DNA from: Promethearchaeota archaeon
GTDB lineage: Archaea; Asgardarchaeota; Lokiarchaeia; Sigyniarchaeales; SOKP01
Direction: 5' to 3'
DNA: 25,432 bases
Assembly: GCA_048938895.1 (NCBI GenBank)
Contig: JBHLLU010000055.1
Coordinates: 1-25,432 of the forward strand
Part shown: positions 17,038-25,432 of the stretch, piece by piece
Layout: every line of letters starts with the position of its first letter
How positions within the stretch are numbered: the first letter of the stretch is position 1
The notes under the pieces: generated by a model
Database searches by the model: none
Seen by the model: only the letters and a program-made list of their open reading frames with translations
What the model was told of the DNA's origin: nothing
Program-made: the position numbers and the translations under genes

Positions 17038-18282
17038 TTATAGCTTGAGTGAAAATAAAGGATTTAAACGAGCTATTATATCCCCGAGATCTAATTGCAT
17101 TGTTTTTAAAACGATATCACGCCCTCTATATTCAAATTGCAAATCTCCAACATTTCTTACAATTTTTAGTCTACTAATATTTGTTTTTAAGGATGTAACA
17201 AAATATCTCTGATGTTTGTACTCTAAAACATCTAATACATCTTCAATATCGGAGAGACTATAACCCCCTCCATGTGGAAGAATGCAAGCATCTCTTAGTA
17301 ATTCCATAAATTCGAGATCATTTGCTCTTTTTAAAAAATTTAAATTGGTAATTGCCGTAGTAGACATATTCTTTTTCCCTCTAAATAAATAAGCTGCAAT
17401 ATCTGCCCTTAAAGTTGTCGGAAAGATATCAGAATCAATAATCTTACAGTTTAAATCGGTACAATTACTCCCCAAATACATATTATTGTAATCTTTAAGG
17501 AATTGATGCGGTTGGTTACAGATAATCTTATACCCAAAATCAAAAAGATTGTCTGCTATTACCTTTCTCTTTGAATTTGAGAATTTTAGAGCTTTTTCAT
17601 GGAATCTGAGATAAGTCTTAGCATCCGAATCTAGTAAAATGTATTGTTTTCCAAATTTGGTCTCTTCTTCTATTGCCTGATCTTTAAGAGTTTGAGATTT
17701 ATCGATATAGAGCCCTAGTCCTTCTTTAGGGGCTCTATATTCTGGTGCTGAGCCATGAATTAAAAAGATGTAAGGAGGAAGCGGAATATCAGACAAATTT
17801 TTTGTCTCAAAACAATTAACAAAATGATTCGATATCCCAAAATCCCAGTTGATCAACACATTGTTATGATATAACTCACTTGATTTTATTTCATCAATTT
17901 TTTTGATTAGATTATAGGGATCTGGTAATTCTTCTAAACCTCCAACCAAAATACCACAACAATTTGGTTTTACATTAAGGAATATGATTTTATCCTTTCC
18001 ACTCCCCCAATTCAGGCGCCCCCCATAACCCAATCCTGAGTTCCATCTAAATTCATTTCTTGAAATTGTCTCATCTGGAGATGAAATAAAGGTAGCTTTC
18101 GGTTCAAAACCATATTTCTCTTGGATAAGTTGCATTTGAGCAAGACCATACTTCATATTTGCTTTGCATAATTTTGAAGCCCCATCATTCAAACCTGTAG
18201 AAAATATAAATTCACTTGCTCTTTCTAATAATTCTAACTTTGATAATTCTGAAACTTTTTGATAAAGAGTCGAAGAAGTCAT
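17038..18282 (-). CDS. Divergent RtcB-family (RNA 2',3'-cyclic/3'-phosphate ligase-fold) protein
   Basis: Motifs in RtcB order: SPD, GYGG, NCCG, SNHF, IHGS, PHQ, PHGGG, and C-terminal YR...IARLNPLFSLKL (cf. YK...VARLRP...KG). Confidence 0.75.
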   Translation of the reverse strand: MTSSTLYQKVSELSKLELLERASEFIFSTGLNDGASKLCKANMKYGLAQMQLIQEKYGFEPKATFISSPDETISRNEFRWNSGLGYGGRLNWGSGKDKIIFLNVKPNCCGILVGGLEELPDPYNLIKKIDEIKSSELYHNNVLINWDFGISNHFVNCFETKNLSDIPLPPYIFLIHGSAPEYRAPKEGLGLYIDKSQTLKDQAIEEETKFGKQYILLDSDAKTYLRFHEKALKFSNSKRKVIADNLFDFGYKIICNQPHQFLKDYNNMYLGSNCTDLNCKIIDSDIFPTTLRADIAAYLFRGKKNMSTTAITNLNFLKRANDLEFMELLRDACILPHGGGYSLSDIEDVLDVLEYKHQRYFVTSLKTNISRLKIVRNVGDLQFEYRGRDIVLKTMQLDLGDIIARLNPLFSLKL

Positions 18283-18369
18283 TTTAATAAGAAGTATTGG
18301 TTCGATTGAGATATTCTTATCAAAACATATATAGGAAATATTTTTATATAAGATTAATGATATTACATG

Positions 18370-18385
18370 GAAAAGCTTATAATAT
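18370..18385 (+). promoter_or_regulatory. BRE+TATA promoter for the 18420-20318 gene pair
   Basis: GAAAAG-CTTATAAT (purine-rich BRE then TATA) about 40 nt before ATG 18420, in the divergent intergenic region shared with the RtcB-like gene. Confidence 0.5.
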
Positions 18386-18419
18386 CAGTATTAATTAAAT
18401 TGAAGATTAGCCTTATAAA

Positions 18420-19046
18420 ATGACCACTACTAATGATTTTGTCCTATACGACTCATTAAACAACAAAATAACCAATGGAACATATACCGGGTCAATTATA
18501 TCTAAATATGAGGATAAAATCATCTTTTCTGATAATATTTCCATCTCTAGCTCGAGTGAAATCTCTATTTCTCAAGGGTTAATTGTTGGATTTACCGAAG
18601 AAAATGAAAAGATCACTGCTTTTTCAAGAAAATCTGACTTTTTTTGGAGCAATCTTGAGGAAACACCGTTAGAATATTCAGTTATGATCTCTGATAGTGT
18701 AGTTGATGAATATAACCGAGAGAAATTTACAGATGATTTTCCCTTCACAATAAATTTACTCCACACAGCAGGATTATATCTAAATCATGCAGATAAACAT
18801 CTTAATCATCTAGATTTTTTTAAAGACGAGATTCTTAGAAATCCAGTTTCTTTAATCGAGAAAGGGATAATTATGGCAGATAGAGTTGTAATCAATCAGA
18901 TGGGAGATGCTGTATTCTATGACAGCATTATTGTAGGAAGGGACGATAAAGATGAGATTAGAGTGAGTTATGAGACATTTGTAAATGTTGATGATAAAAT
19001 TGTCACATATATTATCATATTGGGAATTGAAGAATTAAAAGAATAA
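18420..19046 (+). CDS. Hypothetical acidic protein (208 aa)
   Basis: Long open frame with genome-like codon usage, 18 nt upstream of the ATPase gene. No motif recognised. Confidence 0.75.
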   Translation: MTTTNDFVLYDSLNNKITNGTYTGSIISKYEDKIIFSDNISISSSSEISISQGLIVGFTEENEKITAFSRKSDFFWSNLEETPLEYSVMISDSVVDEYNREKFTDDFPFTINLLHTAGLYLNHADKHLNHLDFFKDEILRNPVSLIEKGIIMADRVVINQMGDAVFYDSIIVGRDDKDEIRVSYETFVNVDDKIVTYIIILGIEELKE

Positions 19047-19064
19047 AAAGTTTCTATCATAGAT

Positions 19065-20318
19065 ATGCTTCTATACGAGAATCAAGAACAAAAATTAATT
19101 AACATTTTAAAATTTATTGGATCTCCATTCAAGAAATTCGTTTCAACAGGAGAGATCGAAGAAGATATTGGGCTGGTCCAATCTAGAAAAGATTTTTTAC
19201 AGGATATCGTTAATATTATCGAAAAAGATGAAAATTTTATTTTACCTGTAATCGGAGATGTAGGACTTGGTAAAACTCATTTATATTGGGCACTCAAACA
19301 TGAATTATTTAATTATAATATGGTTTATATTTCTCTTGAAACTGTGTATAAGAAGTTCTATTATAATACCTACGCGGAATTTATTGAAAATTTAAGTGAA
19401 AAATCTGAAGATCGAGTAGAACCTTTAAGAAATATGACAAGAAGATTATGTAACGACTGGGATATAGGAAAAAAACGATTTGGCTTTTTTCAAATACCAG
19501 ATATTGAGAAAGTGAAAGAACAAGCTTTTCGAAATTGGTCAAATCAATTTGACGATAAGGAAGCATTAACAGATGTAATTACAGCAATAACAGCTCATCA
19601 ATGTGATCCTTATAAGAAATTGGAAGCAGAAAGATGGCTAATTGGAGACCTATTGGATGTTAGAGATCTTTCACGATTAAACTTAAAGCATGATTTACGA
19701 GAGAGAAATGTTGCTTTTACAATGTTAAAAGTTCTTGTTGAGAATCTAAAAAAGGAAAGTGTTCTTTTTATTGACGATTTTGAAAGAATTATTTCACTCA
19801 GGAGACCTGTTTATGATACTAGTGAAAATGTTGAAGATATTGAAGAAGTTTTTGACCCCCGATGGTTTGGAACCAAACAAACCCCTGAAAATTACTCCTC
19901 AGAAAAAATTTTAGATAAAATTCTTAACCTTAATAAAATCAAGGGTTTAGGGATTATTATTACTTTAAAATCTATGGAGTTTTTGGCTGAAATTAAAAAA
20001 AAGATTGAAAATAAAGACCCACAAATTCTAGAAATACTAAAGGAACCATTAATAATGTCAAATTTCAGAGAAACAGATATTTTTCAATTTTATAAGAGCA
20101 ATTTGGAGTTTTTTTTTGCTAGAATTAATTATCAAGATTATTTTAACCATTTTTCAGATTCATATTTCCCACTCAATGAAAATAATCTAAAATTTATATT
20201 CAATGAAGCGAAAGGTAATCCAAGAGAAGTTTTAAAACACCTCATTAAAATCTTCAATGAAATCGTCACTTCTAATGAAAAATTGGATGAAATCCTTGCT
20301 AAATATCAAGTTGCGTAA
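19065..20318 (+). CDS. AAA+/P-loop ATPase, BrxD/DUF2791-like
   Basis: Walker A GDVGLGKTH, Walker B VLFIDDFE, a helical insert with 'AERWLIG', and sensor-2-like 'GNPREVLK'. Confidence 0.8.
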   Translation: MLLYENQEQKLINILKFIGSPFKKFVSTGEIEEDIGLVQSRKDFLQDIVNIIEKDENFILPVIGDVGLGKTHLYWALKHELFNYNMVYISLETVYKKFYYNTYAEFIENLSEKSEDRVEPLRNMTRRLCNDWDIGKKRFGFFQIPDIEKVKEQAFRNWSNQFDDKEALTDVITAITAHQCDPYKKLEAERWLIGDLLDVRDLSRLNLKHDLRERNVAFTMLKVLVENLKKESVLFIDDFERIISLRRPVYDTSENVEDIEEVFDPRWFGTKQTPENYSSEKILDKILNLNKIKGLGIIITLKSMEFLAEIKKKIENKDPQILEILKEPLIMSNFRETDIFQFYKSNLEFFFARINYQDYFNHFSDSYFPLNENNLKFIFNEAKGNPREVLKHLIKIFNEIVTSNEKLDEILAKYQVA

Positions 20319-20326
20319 GTTGAAAT

Positions 20327-21061
20327 TCAAATATTCTTTATAAGTATTCTTTCGAATGTATCCAATTCGTTTAAAAAAATATCTTTATAATTTTTCTCCC
20401 ACGCAGAACTCACAATATTTCCTCTAAATGTCTCTAATGGTATTATCGATTTAAATTGGATGAGAAAGAGAGCTCTGATTGCTCCTAGCTTTAAGATTTT
20501 ATAATTTTCCTTTTGATTTAGTAAGTTAAATAACCTATTTTCATCAAGTTGTAGTTTATTCAAAAATCTTCTACACTCCTCTATGATTTCTGAATTTTTA
20601 GAATTTAAAACATGAAGGAAATTCTTAAAAACGGAATCAGGGAATGATTTTAGGTTTACTAGAGTTTTCAGAGCATTAAATTGAATGGGAATATAATCAT
20701 CATTTAATGCATGTCCGATTAAAAAAATAATTTTCTCATTTAATTCTGAATTTTCAGATATCTTTTTAATTGTTTGAATTATCTCATTTCGAATCCATCT
20801 GTCCGATTGATGATAAGTTTCAAATAGAAAATCAAGAAAATATTCATCTAGATAAGTTTTATTTCCGATTTCCCCCAAAGCGAATGTCAAATTTAATGTA
20901 ACTTTAGGAAGAATTTGATTGTCTAAATTTTCAATTAAATCTCGAATATAGATTAAATGTTCTCCCATAGGATTCTTACTTAAATTAATAAGAAAATCGT
21001 TAATTATTTCTGGATTATTTGATTTTTTAATTTCTTCAAATTTTTGTTTTGTATTCTCCAT
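20327..21061 (-). CDS. HEAT/ARM-repeat protein (244 aa)
   Basis: 'LTFALGEIG', 'SDRWIRNEIIQTIKKI' and 'ALNDDYIPIQFNALKTL' are HEAT-type repeats. Lies 19 nt downstream of the TPR gene. Confidence 0.75.
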   Translation of the reverse strand: MENTKQKFEEIKKSNNPEIINDFLINLSKNPMGEHLIYIRDLIENLDNQILPKVTLNLTFALGEIGNKTYLDEYFLDFLFETYHQSDRWIRNEIIQTIKKISENSELNEKIIFLIGHALNDDYIPIQFNALKTLVNLKSFPDSVFKNFLHVLNSKNSEIIEECRRFLNKLQLDENRLFNLLNQKENYKILKLGAIRALFLIQFKSIIPLETFRGNIVSSAWEKNYKDIFLNELDTFERILIKNI

Positions 21062-21080
21062 CTCTCACATGAATTAACTT

Positions 21081-23048
21081 TTAATCAGTTAAAGAAACTT
21101 TTTTCTCAATAAATACCTTTTTTATTAACGAATCTAACCGAGGAATATCATCTAATTGAACTTCTTTATTTGTTTGGTAATAATTCTGAAAAGTCTCCCA
21201 CACTTCAACATCTTTCTGCACTTTATCTATGAAATAGCTAATCCGGTTTTGAGCTGAATAAGATTGACCTTTATATACATAACACATAAGAAAGGGTGTA
21301 ATTGATTTCATAAGGAGAGTATGTTGGCCAAATGAAGCACGATCTAGACCCTCAGAAAACATCTCATCCATAAAAGAATTGATGGCGCTCATAAAACCTC
21401 CAAACAAATGATCTTCAAAAACATTAGATGCTGTAAAAAATTGAGTTAAAATTGGTTTTCCTCCTTCTGACATAATTAAAAGAAATATAGGTTCTTCATC
21501 AGAAATTTCTGGAACTTCAACCACCTGCTTTCGAAGCATATTATTCATCTGAGAATCTAAACGGGATAATTCTACTCGTTTAGAAAAAGGCACAGTGGAT
21601 TCATTTAAATTTTCCCACATATCCAACTTTCTAAGCAATAAATCATGTTCACTTGAAATTTTTCGAGCTAACAATTTAAGACCATATTTTTCAGCAATTT
21701 CTTGTCCTTCAGTTAAATATTTACGAGCCTCTTTCAAATTTATAGTGATTAGGGATAAATACGCGTTTAATAAATAAGTCTCTCCTAAAATCCAAAAAGA
21801 ATTTGATTTCTCAGCAGTATCAAATAATTGTGCAATTAAAGATTTGATCTCAAATAATACTTCTAATTCATTAGTCATCTGAAATTCAGTCAATAGTAAA
21901 CTACACAATGCAAGAAGTGCTCTTTCTTTCAGTTCCCAAGAGATACCTGTTTCCTTAAGAATTTTTTTTAAAATTTCTTCGGATTTACCTTTATTACTGA
22001 TTCGTCGACTTTCTTTTAACATCAAGGCCTTATTATAAAGGAAAGATAAATTAATCGATTTGTCATTTAATTGGTTACTCAATTGTTCTAAGTGTTTAAA
22101 ATACTGTTGAGCTTGCTCAAGATCACCCTTCTCAAGTAAAATTTGAATTAAAGAATCATGCAACCAAAATATACGATATAAATTACCAACTTCAGAAAAG
22201 CGAGCTAGGCATTGTTTTGAACACTCTAACGCATGCTCTAAATCTCCATTCATTCTATAAGCATCAGCCATATTATTAAGGTTTGCGGTGATAAGTCGTT
22301 CATTGTTAAGATCCTTAGCAATTGCCAAACTTTGTTCATAAAATGGGATACTTCTACTAATTTCTCCTTTATTATGATAAAGAGTCGCTTTTGTAAGATA
22401 ACCCCAGGCAATATAGTATTTATAACTAATTTCTTTAGCAATATCTATAGCCCTCTCAACATGTTCTAATGCAAGATCAAAATTGCCTTTGAACAAACCT
22501 ATCTGCCATGCAGTGACATTATGACTTAAACAAACCAGTTCTTTATCACCAAGAGATTCTGCCATTGCTAAACTCTGCTTATAATACTTTATTGCCAAAT
22601 CTACATCACCTTCAGGTGAGAAAGCAGGATTTGAACTCGCTCCCTTCATAAAAATGATATGTGCTTCTCTTCTAGCCTTGTTATCTGCTGACACTTCTGT
22701 TATTGTTTTTAGCAGATCTTCTGCTTGTTTAGTTATCACAGTGGCTTGTTGTCTATTTAAATTTTCTCCAAAGCCACTAGCCATAAACAATAGAGCATCA
22801 ACAGATAAGATACTTTTCCCTAATCCTAAACTCTCTTTATAGGTTTGTTCGGCAAACTCAATTAATTTTTTAGGAAGACCTTGATTTAATAAAAGATTAC
22901 ACATAATTAGATGACATGATACTATATCATATAGCGAGTTTTTATTCTCTTCTTCGAAATCCTTTAATAATTTATAAGCTTCAGCAAACTTCCCCTCTAA
23001 TACGAATTTTCTCGCCTGAATTAATTCTTTTCGGTCTGAATAAGACAT
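21081..23048 (-). CDS. TPR-repeat (MalT-like) protein with C-terminal longin-like domain (655 aa)
   Basis: TPR helices 'AIKYYKQSLAMAESLGD', 'FYEQSLAIAKDLNN', 'NLNNMADAYRMNGDLEHALEC'. C-terminal 'FLLIMSEGGKPI...LFGGFMSAINSF..E...LMCYVYKG' follows the longin-type pattern. Confidence 0.85.
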   Translation of the reverse strand: MSYSDRKELIQARKFVLEGKFAEAYKLLKDFEEENKNSLYDIVSCHLIMCNLLLNQGLPKKLIEFAEQTYKESLGLGKSILSVDALLFMASGFGENLNRQQATVITKQAEDLLKTITEVSADNKARREAHIIFMKGASSNPAFSPEGDVDLAIKYYKQSLAMAESLGDKELVCLSHNVTAWQIGLFKGNFDLALEHVERAIDIAKEISYKYYIAWGYLTKATLYHNKGEISRSIPFYEQSLAIAKDLNNERLITANLNNMADAYRMNGDLEHALECSKQCLARFSEVGNLYRIFWLHDSLIQILLEKGDLEQAQQYFKHLEQLSNQLNDKSINLSFLYNKALMLKESRRISNKGKSEEILKKILKETGISWELKERALLALCSLLLTEFQMTNELEVLFEIKSLIAQLFDTAEKSNSFWILGETYLLNAYLSLITINLKEARKYLTEGQEIAEKYGLKLLARKISSEHDLLLRKLDMWENLNESTVPFSKRVELSRLDSQMNNMLRKQVVEVPEISDEEPIFLLIMSEGGKPILTQFFTASNVFEDHLFGGFMSAINSFMDEMFSEGLDRASFGQHTLLMKSITPFLMCYVYKGQSYSAQNRISYFIDKVQKDVEVWETFQNYYQTNKEVQLDDIPRLDSLIKKVFIEKKVSLTD

Positions 23049-23102
23049 TTTAATTTAAGTTGGACTATAACCTTGCACACAATTAATGTAATAATAAGCA
23101 AA

Positions 23103-23121
23103 TTAACATAATAAATGTTAA
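23103..23121. promoter_or_regulatory. Perfect 7-bp inverted repeat TTAACAT-N5-ATGTTAA overlapping the probable TPR-gene promoter
   Basis: Read directly. The minus strand gives TTAACATTTATTA, the same BRE/TATA-like string as at 3185-3175. Confidence 0.4.
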
Positions 23122-23138
23122 ACAAATACAAATAATTT

Positions 23139-23201
23139 CTATGAGTAGGAGAGAATTTCCTTCTCAATAAAGATTTCAGTTATTAAGAGTTCTAATGAGG
23201 A
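23139..23201 (-). pseudogene. 3'-end relic of a TPR-longin paralogue
   Basis: Translates SSLELLITEIFIEKEILSYS*, which aligns ungapped to the end of the neighbouring gene, PRLDSLIKKVFIEKKVSLTD*. Confidence 0.65.
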
Positions 23202-23299
23202 CCTTTAACAAATCTGTGAATATCCACCCTAAATTTAAATATAAAAAAAATCTTCTTAGTCATATTTATCTAATAAAAATTTGAAAAAAGTGAAAACCA

Positions 23300-25432
23300 A
23301 TGAGAAAAATTAGTTTCTTCTTAATAATTTTCATTAGTTTACTAACATTGCAATTTATATTTATACCTAAGACGAATTCAGAGAAATCTGTTATAACCAA
23401 TCTCAATAACTCTCAAATTCAGGTTAAATCTCTCCGCATTGCTATTTATAATGAACCAAATGTAACTGAGACAACATATGCAGCTGGTGGTACTTATACT
23501 AATGATTACAGCGCTGTTATGGGATATTTACAGACTGAAGGGCATAAAGTAACAGAATTAACACAATCTGACATCTTAAATCATGATTTAATGACAGCAG
23601 ACTATGATATCTTTATCATGGTTGATAATCTACCACGAGAAAATATCTTAAAACAAGTAAAGGAATTTTGGTTAGGTGGTGGAAGTTTATTAAGTTTTGA
23701 TAGTGCCCTACCATATCTTATGTATGAAGGAATTCTTATCCCTGAATCAGAAGGGGATCATGGGTGGGGAACTTATTTTACCTATCAATCAGGAACAAGC
23801 AATAATATTTCAAACAGGCATCCAATAACTAAGAATTACGGTGTTGGAGAAAAATTTTCTTCTGCAGGTACTTTTATGTGTCAAATCTTTTGGGATATTC
23901 TAATTACTACCTCTGCCGGGGCAGATACAATAAAATTAGCTAATCGAGATACTGTTAATAATTATGCTACTGCGGTTGCTCGAGATCCAATAGGTAAGGG
24001 GGGACGTATAGTGCATCTCCCTGGCTTAGGAAATGCAATAGGAACAAATATGGGTTATATGATAAGCGAAGCAGTTCAATGGTTATGCCCAAAACCAAAA
24101 GGGAGAATCTTGTTTGATTTATCTCACTATCCATATTATGGAATTGATTTTTGGGATTTACCATATTCTGATTATGCTCCTAGATATGAAATACTTCGAG
24201 ACAATCTAGTAAGCAGATCTTATTTGATAGATAAGTTATATCCTTCAACAACAGGTAATCTCACATCTAGCAATTTAGCTCCTTACGATATTTTATTCAT
24301 AGCGCTTTCAAATGTAAATTTCACTGTCGCTGAAATCTCAACAGTAACTAATTGGGTAAAGAAAGGTGGAAATCTACTAGTGACTGGTGAAACAACTGGG
24401 ATTAATGAATATAACTTACGTGTGAATGACTTACTAGCAAATTTCGATCTAAGAATGAATACTATGAGTAGTGGAAGCGGTTCAGCGATATATCAGGTAA
24501 CACATCCAACTTTAGAGGGATGTAGTCAAATATCAGTGTCTGCCCCAGGTAAGATAGTTTATGAAGGAGAAGCATTTCCAATTTGGGGAGCTGATGCAGA
24601 TAATATCTTCGTTGCTGGTCAAGAATATGGTGAAGGGAGAGTCATCTTAATTTCAGATCTCGCACCCTTTAGAGATAGCACCATAATGAGTGATGACAAC
24701 TTACAATATGCCATCAACTTGATGAATTGGTTTGTAGGTTGGGGAAGTGGTATACTGCTGTATACTGATGAACCATATAGTGTCAACTACTACCATACTC
24801 CCGTAGTCAATGCATTAAATGAGCTTAAATTACCATTTTATTTAACTTTCACCTGGTCCTACTTTAATCTTTCGCTTAATCTAAAGGATTGGAAGCTCGT
24901 TATCATTGATAATCCTTGGTATTTTGATACTAGTTATTTTGATGATATAGTTGAATATCTTGAGGATGACGGAAGGCTTATAATGTCAAGTTACTATGCC
25001 ACTGTTTCTCACCAACTATGGGCAGAAATGGGTATCGCAAATGCAGCATCATTGCCTGATTCAGTACCACTCCATATCTGGGATGATTCCCATGACATTT
25101 TTAATACCCCATTAGATTTTGGTTTGACCCAATATACTCCAGTAATAGACTATGGAACTGAAGGGAACCTATTAACTGTATTTCCTAATGCTACAGCTTT
25201 AGCGGGATATACTGTATCTGAAACCGCTGATAATGCTTTAATTGTACTAAGAAACGATAAAAAAACCTTGTATAATGGCTATTTAATTGATCAATTTACT
25301 TCAGATACTGATGATTCAACTTATCCTGATAATTTTGAGTTATGGTTAAATGAAATTGCCTATATGTGGAAATTTACAGCATCCTCTAAAGGAGGTATTC
25401 CCGGATACGATTTTTATATTGTTATTGGTTCA
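23300..25432 (+). CDS. Secreted surface protein with three tandem GATase1-like (GIFT/DUF4350-type) domains and a Loki-CTERM anchor; 3' end truncated by the window (>=711 aa)
   Basis: Absent from the ORF track because there is no stop in the window. Begins MRKISFFLIIFISLLTLQFIFI (signal peptide). Repeats are 'RIAIY..YDIFIM..KEFWLGGGSLL..HPIT..GRIV..EAVQWL', 'RILFDLSH..YDILFI..NWVKKGGNLL..HPTL..GRVILISD..NLMNWF' and 'ILLY..WKLVII..EYLEDDGRLI..HDIF..NEIAYM'. Ends GGIPGYDFYIVIGS. Confidence 0.88.
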   Translation, partial: MRKISFFLIIFISLLTLQFIFIPKTNSEKSVITNLNNSQIQVKSLRIAIYNEPNVTETTYAAGGTYTNDYSAVMGYLQTEGHKVTELTQSDILNHDLMTADYDIFIMVDNLPRENILKQVKEFWLGGGSLLSFDSALPYLMYEGILIPESEGDHGWGTYFTYQSGTSNNISNRHPITKNYGVGEKFSSAGTFMCQIFWDILITTSAGADTIKLANRDTVNNYATAVARDPIGKGGRIVHLPGLGNAIGTNMGYMISEAVQWLCPKPKGRILFDLSHYPYYGIDFWDLPYSDYAPRYEILRDNLVSRSYLIDKLYPSTTGNLTSSNLAPYDILFIALSNVNFTVAEISTVTNWVKKGGNLLVTGETTGINEYNLRVNDLLANFDLRMNTMSSGSGSAIYQVTHPTLEGCSQISVSAPGKIVYEGEAFPIWGADADNIFVAGQEYGEGRVILISDLAPFRDSTIMSDDNLQYAINLMNWFVGWGSGILLYTDEPYSVNYYHTPVVNALNELKLPFYLTFTWSYFNLSLNLKDWKLVIIDNPWYFDTSYFDDIVEYLEDDGRLIMSSYYATVSHQLWAEMGIANAASLPDSVPLHIWDDSHDIFNTPLDFGLTQYTPVIDYGTEGNLLTVFPNATALAGYTVSETADNALIVLRNDKKTLYNGYLIDQFTSDTDDSTYPDNFELWLNEIAYMWKFTASSKGGIPGYDFYIVIGS

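Noticed and set aside
19065-20318. BREX defence system or Cdc6/Orc1 origin locus
   Set aside because: No pglX/pglZ/brx partners, no C-terminal winged-helix domain, and no ORB repeats seen.
790-22842. Short antisense or alternate-frame ORFs in the track (790-1035, 2560-2877, 3544-3735, 7751-7996, 9698-9919, 15378-15650, 15607-15906, 17018-17212, 18572-18766, 19381-19566, 21595-21777, 22250-22441, 22654-22842)
   Set aside because: They are shadows of well-supported genes or pseudogenes, with F/S/I-rich antisense composition and no motifs.
23967-24164. 65-aa minus-strand ORF
   Set aside because: It is antisense to the long plus-strand surface-protein gene.
1-25432. tRNA, rRNA, CRISPR array, IS or integrase
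   Set aside because: I found no GC-rich structured intergenic segments, spaced repeats or transposase motifs by eye; a covariance-model scan would be needed to exclude small ncRNAs.

Overview
AT-rich (~30% GC by eye) archaeal DNA, most likely an Asgard archaeon (Lokiarchaeia/Promethearchaeota). This is inferred from two roadblock/LC7 genes, a TPR+longin-like protein, a vWA+double-RING protein, IPG[F/Y] 'Loki-CTERM' sorting tails, an archaeal-type MetRS, and AGGTG[A/G] RBS and TATA-box promoters. About 17 intact CDS: wHTH regulator, MBL hydrolase, DUF4139 protein, secreted Loki-CTERM protein, roadblock x2, AhpD/CMD, a 1367-aa membrane-anchored surface protein, M20 deacylase, vWA-RING-RING, metG, a divergent RtcB-fold protein, a hypothetical + BrxD-like AAA+ ATPase pair, HEAT and TPR-longin proteins, and a >=711-aa triple GATase1/GIFT-like surface protein (23300 to window end) that the ORF track missed. 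A decayed zone at ~3.3-6.6 kb holds stop-interrupted pseudogenes and RBS+ATA starts, and a 63-bp relic of a deleted TPR-longin paralogue lies at 23.1 kb. I saw no rRNA, tRNA, CRISPR or IS element. Best leads: the RtcB paralogue with a remodelled active site, the Ssl1/p44- or Rpn10-like vWA with two C4HC3 fingers, the dynein-light-chain-like roadblock gene with anomalous GC, an internal RBS that could release a Trbp111-like domain from metG, and eukaryote-like sorting motifs in a cytoplasmic tail. All family assignments come from motif recognition by eye, not database searches.
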